A stretch of 64,000 bases of DNA from Candidatus Saccharimonadota bacterium (GTDB lineage: Bacteria; Patescibacteriota; Saccharimonadia; Saccharimonadales; Saccharimonadaceae): assembly GCA_017545525.1 (NCBI GenBank), contig JAFWMT010000003.1:60694-124693 (forward strand), in the 5' to 3' direction. Both the position numbers and the translations under genes were made by a program. Below, one piece after another: positions 45,058-53,758 of the stretch. Under the pieces are notes generated by a model, which saw nothing but the letters and a program-made list of their open reading frames with translations, was not told the origin of the DNA and did not search any database. The stretch's first letter is position 1. Each line of letters starts with the position of its first letter.

Positions 45058-46209
45058 ATGGAGATTAGTATGAAAAAGAAGAGCAAAACTAAAAAGACTA
45101 GGAATAAAGAAGCACAAATATTTGGCGGAATAGCTTTGGTGGCTTTTATGGTGGCGACATTTTTTACGATTTTTGGACTTTCGCGTACGGTAATAGAAAT
45201 GGAGGAAGTGGCGATTGAAAAGACGCCAGAAGCAATTTTGGCGAAGGCCGGAGTTGCGGAAGGAAAAAATATTGCGTTACCGGTAATATATTATGACCAG
45301 AGAGCAGATGAGTGCGTGGATTTGTATGATGTGGGACTTTCGGACGCGCTTTATGCGCGACAGTTTGAATGGACGGAATGTGGTTATCATAACAGACAAC
45401 TAGAACAAGGGTTGGTAGACTTTTATCTTGATGATAATTATTTACCAGTAGCGAAAGGCGGGAATTTGGTACCAAATCGAGGAGTCAAAGATATGACGAG
45501 GTGGTTTTCAACGGTTGAAGGTAAGAGCTTTAGCTATTCTGGTGTTTTAGGGATGAACTATCGTAATGATGGGGCAGAATTCTCATTCTATCATGACAAT
45601 TTTTATCCTCTAGATGAAGTTGATTTTTCGAAGGGAGATTTTACGAGCAAAGATGGACATAACCATTTGTTTACAATGAGTTTTGCGGTACCGTTTACGG
45701 TTTTAAATAGCGGGAATGAGGATTTCGTAGTTACAGCAGATGATGACACGTTTGTTTATGTTGGAAATGAATTAGTAATTGATATGGGCGGAGTACACGA
45801 GGCGATGACGGGAAGATTTCGAATCAGCAAAGAAGGAGAAATTTACGCTGGAGTAAATGGCGAAGAATTAGCTTATACGGGAGTTAATGTAGAAAGTGGC
45901 GAAGGTTCGATTGTGAGAATTTTCCATGCGGATAGAGATTCGAGCGAGTCAGTTTTCAACATTGTCTTTACGGAAATGAATTTGAGCGTAATGAATACGA
46001 CTTTGGCAAAACAAGAAGGAATTCAGATTGCCTACGATCCGACTGACCCGACTTATGTGGCGCCGCTAGGCGAAAGTAAAGTCTTTAAACCTGATAATAC
46101 AAAAAGTTATATTATCTTAGCGACGATTGAAGGATTCTTGGTTGTAATTTTTGCGATTCTGATGTCGTTTGCAATTAAATTTATGGTAGAGAGAAGAACT
46201 AAAAAATAA
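45058..46209 (+). CDS. fibro-slime/PA14-like domain protein with N- and C-terminal TM segments
   Basis: HLFTMSFAVPF...FVVTADDDTFVYVGNELVIDMGGVH resembles the fibro-slime signature. The start could instead be ATG 45070. Confidence 0.5.
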   Translation: MEISMKKKSKTKKTRNKEAQIFGGIALVAFMVATFFTIFGLSRTVIEMEEVAIEKTPEAILAKAGVAEGKNIALPVIYYDQRADECVDLYDVGLSDALYARQFEWTECGYHNRQLEQGLVDFYLDDNYLPVAKGGNLVPNRGVKDMTRWFSTVEGKSFSYSGVLGMNYRNDGAEFSFYHDNFYPLDEVDFSKGDFTSKDGHNHLFTMSFAVPFTVLNSGNEDFVVTADDDTFVYVGNELVIDMGGVHEAMTGRFRISKEGEIYAGVNGEELAYTGVNVESGEGSIVRIFHADRDSSESVFNIVFTEMNLSVMNTTLAKQEGIQIAYDPTDPTYVAPLGESKVFKPDNTKSYIILATIEGFLVVIFAILMSFAIKFMVERRTKK

Positions 46210-46542
46210 TTATTTTTTAGGTTCACTAATGCGGGCGGGGCGACCATAGTCGGGAAGGATGATTTGGTGGGATTTGTGATGATGGTCGTAGAGGGGAATA
46301 TTTAGTTCGCTGGCTAAGGTATTAACGATAGTAGCGCCAATACGTAACCCGGTAAAGGAACCTGGGCCGGACATAAAAGTGATTTCTGTGATATCGTTAA
46401 AAGTCTTATGATTTTCTGCTAGTTTATCTTTGATAAATTCAAGTAATTTTTCAGCTAAATCATTGGCGAAGGTATATTTATATTCTTTATCGTCGAGTTT
46501 TAAAATAGTTTCGGGTGTACTAGTGTCTAAATATAGTTTCAT
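46210..46542 (-). CDS. tsaB: truncated TsaB-like protein (N-terminal half only, 110 aa)
   Basis: LDTST...SGPGSFTGLRIG motif. ATGA-type overlap with tsaE. Confidence 0.65.
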   Translation of the reverse strand: MKLYLDTSTPETILKLDDKEYKYTFANDLAEKLLEFIKDKLAENHKTFNDITEITFMSGPGSFTGLRIGATIVNTLASELNIPLYDHHHKSHQIILPDYGRPARISEPKK

Positions 46543-46964
46543 GTAGAGATTATATCACGATTACCCTGGTCGTCATAGTTTATGATGATAGTAAGATGTT
46601 TAGGCGGGAGTAAGTTGGAAATAGAATTGCCCCATTCGATGATAATGATATTTTTGGGATTTTGAAGGTTTTCGGCTAAATCTTCTTGCATGAGTCCAGG
46701 GTCGTTTAAACGATAAAAATCGTAGTGGATTAAATTTCCGTTAGAGGGAAGAGCATAAGATTTAGAAATGGTAAAGCTGGGGCTAGTGACAGGTTCTTTA
46801 ACACCAAGGCCTTCAGCGAGACCACGAGTAAAAGTGGTTTTACCGACACCGACATCGCCAATAAGTTCGATTACGGTTGCTTTAGCATGATTTGGGGACG
46901 ATTTTAGCTTTTTGGCAAAGCTTTTGCCAAAATCTAGCATCTCTTTTTCGGAATGAATTTTCAT
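46539..46964 (-). CDS. tsaE: tRNA t6A ATPase TsaE
   Basis: GDVGVGKTTFTRGL Walker A and HYDFYRL motif. Confidence 0.85.
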   Translation of the reverse strand: MKIHSEKEMLDFGKSFAKKLKSSPNHAKATVIELIGDVGVGKTTFTRGLAEGLGVKEPVTSPSFTISKSYALPSNGNLIHYDFYRLNDPGLMQEDLAENLQNPKNIIIIEWGNSISNLLPPKHLTIIINYDDQGNRDIIST

Positions 46965-46978
46965 GGTATTATTATAGC

Positions 46979-48259
46979 ATGAATATTTATATATCTGGAA
47001 TATCAGGGACGGGGATGGGACCGTTGGCTTTGATGGCGAAAGATGCAGGATTTCGAGTTTTTGGTTCAGATTTAAGTGAAGGAGCGATTTATCCGGAGCT
47101 TTTGAAAAAAGGAATAGAAGTTAAAATTGGTGAACAGGATGGTGAGTTTTTAGCAGAAAAAATGAAAGAAGGGGTGGATTGGTTTATTTATACGTCGGCA
47201 TTGCCGGAAGACCATCCAGAATTAAAAATAGCGAAAGAAGCGGGGATTAAATGTACAAAACGAGATGATTTTACGGCGTTTTTGGTGGAAAAATTGAATT
47301 TAAAAATGGTAGCAGTCGCGGGAACGCATGGAAAAACGACGACGACAGCGATGATAATCTGGGCGAGTTTAAAATTACAACTTCCGGTAGCTTATATCGT
47401 AGGAACAACTTTAGGATTTGCTCCGAGTGGCTCGTACCGAAAGGGAGATAGATTCTTTATTTATGAAGCGGATGAATACGATCGGAATTTTCTGAAATAT
47501 CATCCGTGGATAGCAGTAATACCAGCAGTTAGCTACGACCATCCGGATATTTATCCGACAAGAGAGGATTATGAAAAGGCTTTTTCACAGTTTAGGGATC
47601 AAAGTGAGATGGTGGTTGAAGCGACTGGAGATGGGATTAAATGGGCAGACGGAGAGTACGCATTATATAAGACGGAAGATTTTAAGTTAGCTGGTGAGGC
47701 AAGAAGGATAGATGCAGGATTAGCGGCGAACGCAGTGATGCGAATATTTGATGATGAGATGAAAGAAGAAGGATTTGATACATTATTTACTCCGCTAACA
47801 ATGATAGATATTATGAATAAATTTCCTGGAATAGGTCGAAGATTTGAGAGAATTACGGATGGGGTTTATTCGGATTACGCGCATCACCCGGAAGAAATTA
47901 TGGCGACGATGGAAATAGCACAAGAAGAAGCGAAAATGAACGGTAAAAAAGGAGTAGTGGTTTTATATCAGCCGCATCAAAATACCAGGCAACATGAAGT
48001 AAAAGATGAATATCATAGTGCATTTCTCGGAGCGGAAAAAATATTTTGGTTACCAACTTATCTAACGAGAGAAAACCCGGAATTAAAAGTAATTGAGCCA
48101 GAAGAATTTATTGAAGGGTTGGAGAATCGAGAAGTTGCAGAAGAAGTGGAATTAAATGATGAGCTGTCGAGAAAATTAAAAGAGTATGTAAAAGATGATT
48201 ATTTGGTGATTTTGATGACGGCGGGACCAGCAGATGAATGGTTCCGTAAAGTTTTTTAG
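46979..48259 (+). CDS. murC: Mur ligase, MurC-like
   Basis: ISGISGTGMGPLA..GF.V.GSD and GTHGKTTTTAMI. Start set at MNIYISG (the track start overlaps tsaE). Confidence 0.65.
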   Translation: MNIYISGISGTGMGPLALMAKDAGFRVFGSDLSEGAIYPELLKKGIEVKIGEQDGEFLAEKMKEGVDWFIYTSALPEDHPELKIAKEAGIKCTKRDDFTAFLVEKLNLKMVAVAGTHGKTTTTAMIIWASLKLQLPVAYIVGTTLGFAPSGSYRKGDRFFIYEADEYDRNFLKYHPWIAVIPAVSYDHPDIYPTREDYEKAFSQFRDQSEMVVEATGDGIKWADGEYALYKTEDFKLAGEARRIDAGLAANAVMRIFDDEMKEEGFDTLFTPLTMIDIMNKFPGIGRRFERITDGVYSDYAHHPEEIMATMEIAQEEAKMNGKKGVVVLYQPHQNTRQHEVKDEYHSAFLGAEKIFWLPTYLTRENPELKVIEPEEFIEGLENREVAEEVELNDELSRKLKEYVKDDYLVILMTAGPADEWFRKVF

Positions 48260-48266
48260 ATTTTTA

Positions 48267-51200
48267 TTATAATCTTGGTGAAAGTTCGCGCGAATAAGCA
48301 GAAACCAGTTTAAGAGACATATTTTTCTCGGATTTCTTGTTCCCCCATAGATAAAGAGTATTGTCGAAATTAATAATTTCGGCAGAAATGATTGAGTTAG
48401 CACCAGTTGCTGCACCATAAGTGCGATTAGCGATTAGTTTATTGGCAATAATTGCGCCGTTGATGGCTAATTGAACGGAGTTTTCTGGATTATTAATATT
48501 TTTTCCAATTTCCGATTCGCTTAAGCTCATGTCAAAGCTGTTACCACAAGTTACAATCGTATTTGCTACCAGTAATGCATCAATTCTCTCTACATTGCAA
48601 TTAATATAAATGTTCTCTTTGGCGTAAATGATAATTTTTGGCATATCTTCTAATGTGGAATATGTTCCACTATATGTTAGATTTCCACTAATCATGATGT
48701 TTTTAGCTTCTACGACGTGCGTGCCAGTAGTAAGTTCGGCGGTGCCAGAGACTACTAAGTTCATATTGTCATCTTTATAATAAGCATCTTTGGTAGTATC
48801 ATCGATTTTCGTTAAGGTGAGAGGATTAGTCGGAGTTATTGGATCTTTACTGTTAAGGTTATCAATAATATTTGCTTTATCATCATTAACGTTTCCTTTT
48901 ATAGCGTTAGAATCAGTGAGATTTCCTACTGAACCGTTGCTACATTTATCGTTAGCGAAACTCAACGGACTTCTTAGACAATAATCTATTTTTTTCTCAG
49001 ATGCTCCGCCTGGTTCACTGACGAGACCATTGTTGCCATCGCTTCCATTGACATTGCCAAAAGAATGCCGAGGTGTCAATGTACCGTTATTATTTAAGGC
49101 ATATCCTGTGCTAGCTCCACTTACTAGACCGGTTATTCTGCCTGAAGCAATAATTCCTAATTCTCCCCATGAACCGAATATATGATAGCTATCGTTTGAA
49201 GTTGATCCTAACAGGTTTTTCTTTTTGCTTATTCCAGTTGTGATGCTTCCGGCTGAATAGATATTTCCTCCCCAAACTTGAAGACTTGGGCGTTTAGCGA
49301 CATCGAAGCATTCTGAGTCGGAAATTGCCCAATGATGATTACCTTCACTATCGGAATAATTATCTTTTCCTCCACTGTTGCTTGGATAAATAGCTGAAGC
49401 TATACAGATTCTTGAGCCAGCAGTAAGATCTTGAATAAAGAACGTCGCTGAATAATTATTGGATTGACCATCTTTGTTGCTATTACTATTTAAGGTACTA
49501 TCTATAATTGTTGAATCCGATGCATTGGCATTAGTATTTACTTTGGCATATCCGCATATTTCATTGTTGGCACCATTGCTGAACCCAAAATATTGGCAAA
49601 GATTATCGTCTTTGGAATTTCCATATGATCTAGTCCCTTCTTTTATAGTGCCTCCAGCATTGGGGTTGTAAACAATTATTCTTCTCCTGGTAGGTGCTTT
49701 TGTGGCATATTTTTCATTTTCTGAATTAGTAGTGAGATCATTTTTTCTTGGTTTGACATTAACATTATATTTAATAGAAATCTCTTCACCGGCATAAATG
49801 GCAGTATCACCATCTTCTGAATTTGTCTTGTCTTTGCTAGTAATTTCTGTTGAGGTAATAAAATTATATGGTACTCGTATGTAGGCTGTGTCATCTTTCG
49901 AGTCGATATCAACGTCGTAGACGACGACATTTTTAGTTTCAGTTGTGGGAATAGTATTTGACGAGAAGTCGTCTTCAGCTCCAGTTCTTTCGACAGCTAC
50001 TTGGTAAGATTTGATGGAGGATGATACTGAAAATGGTGCGGTTTTTTTGTCGCCACTATTTGCGTTCGTGAGAGCTTTACCAAAATAGTTTGTTTTTCCT
50101 ACATCGCTCGAACTAACTGAACGGGTATCGGTTGTTTCTACAACTTTGGATGGGTCGCCGACAGTTGGTCCGTCATTGTACACATCGTAATTGTCGTATG
50201 TGCCAGAAATACGGAAGCCATTATTCCAATCTGGTCCATCGTAGCAATCGTTGAAGGCTGTGCCCAAAGTTTTTCGCCAAGTTTTAGGTTCAGTAGAAGA
50301 AGGGCACTCAGTATTTTTAATTTTGACTTGTCCGTCTATAGTGACTCCATATGCAGACTGAACGGTTGGTTCGTAGGTTGCGCGAAAATTAACTTGATCG
50401 CCAGGTTTTGCATAGACTTCTTTTTGATAACTATTGTATTTATCGACGGAAGTATTGATGACTTCCATTTTTATGAAATCGGTTGGGATAACATTATTTG
50501 TTACTACAGCACAGGCAGTTGTAGTTGCGTTTTTAATAGTTCTAGCAGCATTATTACTGGGTTTAAAACTTAGACTTTCACAAATTCTGAAACCCAACAT
50601 GCCTGGAGATATATTTTTATAGATGCTTTCACTGACTTCGTTTGGATTGTTGGTTGTAAAATTTTCGGTACTAGTTTTAATTGTGCCATTACCTTCGATG
50701 GTCGAAGTTTTTGTAACTTCGTAGTCGATTGAACCCTTTGTGCCATCAATTCTTTTTAGATAGTGTTCGAATCCTACGGAACAACTAGGAGAACAATTAT
50801 TAATGACATGGGTTACTTCTTTATTATATTGTACGAAGTCGGTAGTTTTCTTTTTTGAATTGTTGATGGAGTCATAATTAAGGGTCGTTGTATTACTGGA
50901 CACCTCGGCTATTCGTGACATGCCCATGAACGTAGTAGCGATAGCTTTGGCACAAGCAGTAACAGTTGCTGTAGCATTTTCCCCTCCACTTCCCCAAGTG
51001 TGGAAAGTGAGGCGATAGCACAGGGTTTGGCCAGGGTAGATTTTTTTGGTTTGAAGAAATACGTTGTGATGATCTTCGTCGCCATCAGTTCCATAACTTG
51101 GGCTGGATTTAAGATTTTCATCTGCTGGTATGTTTCCCCAACTGCCGTTGTTGAGTTTCTTTTGAGCCGTGAAACTACTGGTTCCGCCGCCACCGGTTTT

Positions 51201-52736
51201 TTTAATGCTAAGCATAAATCTTACGTCACAGCCGGTATTTTCACATTCAATTTCTAATGGACTGCCATCAGCAGTTTTATTTGTATTAACGAATCCAGTA
51301 CTAATGCGAGGTTTACCGTTGTTAGCGCTAAAAGAGTTTCCTTCTACGACGGCAGCACGACCTTTAAAAGAGTTCATTTTGTATACGGCATATACGGTTA
51401 CGTGATTAGCCATACTTTCAATTGTAATTTTATTTTTATCAATGGATTTAATGGTTTGTTCGTTTACTTTATTACCATTTGAAAGGTATGTTCCGGTTGG
51501 TTCTGCTCTAAAGCCCAGTAACGAGTATTGTGTGTTTGTGCGTGCTGAGCCGGTAACATCTTTCAATACTTCGTCGGTACCTAGACTACCGTAAATTGGA
51601 CCAACATCGCTGAAAGTGTCTTCCATAGAATTACCATTTTCATCAACTGCTTTAATAATTAACTTAGGTCTGATGTATGTAAGGACTAGTTTAGTTTGCC
51701 TAGTTGAGCAAGAAGCTTGCCATGTACCTGATACCATACCAGGATAACTATCTTTAATACAACCAAACACGTAGACATTGTTGGCGATAAATCTGACGTA
51801 ATGGGCAGGATCGTGGTTCTCATCTATATCTATATCTACACTTGTGTTACCTGCGGCTTTTTGTTCAGTGACGTAGTTAATAAAGTCTTCCACATCTAAC
51901 TTAAGAGAAATGGGGTTTCCAACTCCGGCCCACACATAGGGTTCTTTGCCTAAGCCACTCGTCGTCAACCATGTACCAAGGCCGTATGTTGGCAAATTCT
52001 TAAAATAATTTACTGATGTTCTATTGACGTTTCCAGTGTCTGCTGGGATGTAACCACTGCCAGAACCATAATCTGGGTTTAAACTGAAGGAAGTTATATT
52101 GCCGGAAACTGTTACTGCTGAAGCGACGCTCTTTTTATCTTCGATTTTCCAACCGTCATTATTACAATTTGGCAAGAGGATTTGACGAGTACTTGCATTA
52201 TGCCAGGTTTGTCCATTTGCTGCTACATAGCTTGTGCCTAGTGGACATGCACTAGTGGAAGAATTGACGCCATCTTGAATATTTATAAAACTTTTGTCCA
52301 TTCCTGCTGAGTTTTGTGGAGTCATGGCACAAGAATTTCCAGCTGTAAAGAGATAAATATCTATAGTGTTTTTCTTTACGCCTATATATGAAGCACCATC
52401 GTTATAGGCTCCGTCGGTACTATTATCGCTGGAAAACCAAGTTGCTGATTGAGTATAACCACCACCTTGCCATTGGTTATCACTACCTTTACAACTTCTA
52501 CAAGCTGATACAATAGAATCTACGGCACTACTCGAAACTCCACCATTGGCCGTTTCGGTTACGCTGTGTGCTTCTAGACTTGAACCACCAGCTTCGTAAG
52601 CGTCTTTGACGCAGTCATAAATTGAAGTCCATTGGTTTGCTGCACTGACGTCATAAATATTCCAATTGATTGAATTTAGCGCAAAGATGAATAATCCAAT
52701 GGATATGAACGAAAAATGTTTAATTTTGATTTTCAT
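48267..52736 (-). CDS. giant secreted protein A (1489 aa), paralog of 53748-58829
   Basis: Signal peptide. Cys-containing N-domain. One GY/LLGF-type repeat. Two tandem Cys-bracketed modules (50503-51371). Conserved C-terminal ~350 aa. Confidence 0.8.
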   Translation of the reverse strand: MKIKIKHFSFISIGLFIFALNSINWNIYDVSAANQWTSIYDCVKDAYEAGGSSLEAHSVTETANGGVSSSAVDSIVSACRSCKGSDNQWQGGGYTQSATWFSSDNSTDGAYNDGASYIGVKKNTIDIYLFTAGNSCAMTPQNSAGMDKSFINIQDGVNSSTSACPLGTSYVAANGQTWHNASTRQILLPNCNNDGWKIEDKKSVASAVTVSGNITSFSLNPDYGSGSGYIPADTGNVNRTSVNYFKNLPTYGLGTWLTTSGLGKEPYVWAGVGNPISLKLDVEDFINYVTEQKAAGNTSVDIDIDENHDPAHYVRFIANNVYVFGCIKDSYPGMVSGTWQASCSTRQTKLVLTYIRPKLIIKAVDENGNSMEDTFSDVGPIYGSLGTDEVLKDVTGSARTNTQYSLLGFRAEPTGTYLSNGNKVNEQTIKSIDKNKITIESMANHVTVYAVYKMNSFKGRAAVVEGNSFSANNGKPRISTGFVNTNKTADGSPLEIECENTGCDVRFMLSIKKTGGGGTSSFTAQKKLNNGSWGNIPADENLKSSPSYGTDGDEDHHNVFLQTKKIYPGQTLCYRLTFHTWGSGGENATATVTACAKAIATTFMGMSRIAEVSSNTTTLNYDSINNSKKKTTDFVQYNKEVTHVINNCSPSCSVGFEHYLKRIDGTKGSIDYEVTKTSTIEGNGTIKTSTENFTTNNPNEVSESIYKNISPGMLGFRICESLSFKPSNNAARTIKNATTTACAVVTNNVIPTDFIKMEVINTSVDKYNSYQKEVYAKPGDQVNFRATYEPTVQSAYGVTIDGQVKIKNTECPSSTEPKTWRKTLGTAFNDCYDGPDWNNGFRISGTYDNYDVYNDGPTVGDPSKVVETTDTRSVSSSDVGKTNYFGKALTNANSGDKKTAPFSVSSSIKSYQVAVERTGAEDDFSSNTIPTTETKNVVVYDVDIDSKDDTAYIRVPYNFITSTEITSKDKTNSEDGDTAIYAGEEISIKYNVNVKPRKNDLTTNSENEKYATKAPTRRRIIVYNPNAGGTIKEGTRSYGNSKDDNLCQYFGFSNGANNEICGYAKVNTNANASDSTIIDSTLNSNSNKDGQSNNYSATFFIQDLTAGSRICIASAIYPSNSGGKDNYSDSEGNHHWAISDSECFDVAKRPSLQVWGGNIYSAGSITTGISKKKNLLGSTSNDSYHIFGSWGELGIIASGRITGLVSGASTGYALNNNGTLTPRHSFGNVNGSDGNNGLVSEPGGASEKKIDYCLRSPLSFANDKCSNGSVGNLTDSNAIKGNVNDDKANIIDNLNSKDPITPTNPLTLTKIDDTTKDAYYKDDNMNLVVSGTAELTTGTHVVEAKNIMISGNLTYSGTYSTLEDMPKIIIYAKENIYINCNVERIDALLVANTIVTCGNSFDMSLSESEIGKNINNPENSVQLAINGAIIANKLIANRTYGAATGANSIISAEIINFDNTLYLWGNKKSEKNMSLKLVSAYSRELSPRL

Positions 52737-53207
52737 CTGAAATCTCCATTACATTGTTCGAGTGGGTTTTCATCGTTATACATATATTCATAAACGCAAA
52801 GTTCTGATGTTGTTGTCTCACTATTGTCTAAATCATGAATTGTATGGACATCGCTCAAAATTTGTTCACTACATTCCCATTCGCAAAAAGCATCTAGTGC
52901 TGAAATACGATATTTTAGATATTTGATTTTTTCATCTGTATTACTTGTACCGTTGATGTATTTGTCATATAAAGCAATTACCGGTTCCTTGCCATTTGAT
53001 TGATAAATTTTATAAGCTTCGTTACGAATTTCATATTCTTTGGAAGTAAGAATTTTATCTAACTCACTTTCAACATTTCCATTATTGTCTTTTGTAATGA
53101 AAATTATAGCAATAATGATTAGTAATATGATTGCTATGCTGATGGAACAAAAAAGAATGATTTTTAGCTTATTATTTCCTTGCACCTGCTCTGACATATA
53201 GTAATAT
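52733..53207 (-). CDS. small bitopic Cys-motif protein A' (158 aa), paralog of 53294-53758
   Basis: MSEQVQGNNKLKIILFCSISIAIILLIIIAIIF TM. KIKYLKYRI...FCEWECSEQILSDVHT...SELCVY...CN. Its stop overlaps the giant-gene ATG (ATGA). Confidence 0.65.
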
Positions 53208-53293
53208 ATTACCATAACCGTTTTAAAAAATCTATATTTTAAATTTAAATAAATTGTGGATTTTTGAAAATGTTTGTGGTAATATGAAAACAT
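53208..53293. promoter_or_regulatory. 86-bp AT-rich divergent control region
   Basis: TGGTAATAT lies 9 nt before ATG 53294. The reverse strand has GGTAATATATTACTAT before ATG 53207. Confidence 0.5.
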
Positions 53294-53758
53294 ATGAAAG
53301 GTCATGAAAAGAAAAGAGAGGTTGGGCTGAAAATCATTTTGGGGATTTTGATTGGAGCGGCGTTAGTATTGCTCATTGCAATTATCTGCGTGAAGAATTT
53401 AATTTCGGGAAATGATGAAGAATTGGCGCAACTGCGAAGCGTAGAAAGTAAGGCAAACGCAATTTACGAGGATGAAGGCGTAAAACATACAGTCGAATAT
53501 TATGATGAATTTATAGAAAAAGAAGAAACAGCAGAAGGAAAAATTAGATATTTAAAGTCGCGCATTAAGAATTTTGATTTTTGGTGTGAGTGGGATTGTA
53601 GCGAACAGATTTTGACAGATGTGCATACAGTAGCGGAATTGGCCAACAACAATGCGTCAATTACGAGTGAACTTTGCGTATACCAAGAAATATATCTCGA
53701 TACTAATCCAATAGCAGGATGCAATTATACAATTGAGGGAATATCCAATGAAGAATAA
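53294..53758 (+). CDS. small bitopic Cys-motif protein B' (154 aa)
   Basis: TM helix LKIILGILIGAALVLLIAIICV. KIRYLKSRI...FWCEWDCSEQILTDVHT...SELCVY...GCN. Confidence 0.7.
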   Translation: MKGHEKKREVGLKIILGILIGAALVLLIAIICVKNLISGNDEELAQLRSVESKANAIYEDEGVKHTVEYYDEFIEKEETAEGKIRYLKSRIKNFDFWCEWDCSEQILTDVHTVAELANNNASITSELCVYQEIYLDTNPIAGCNYTIEGISNEE

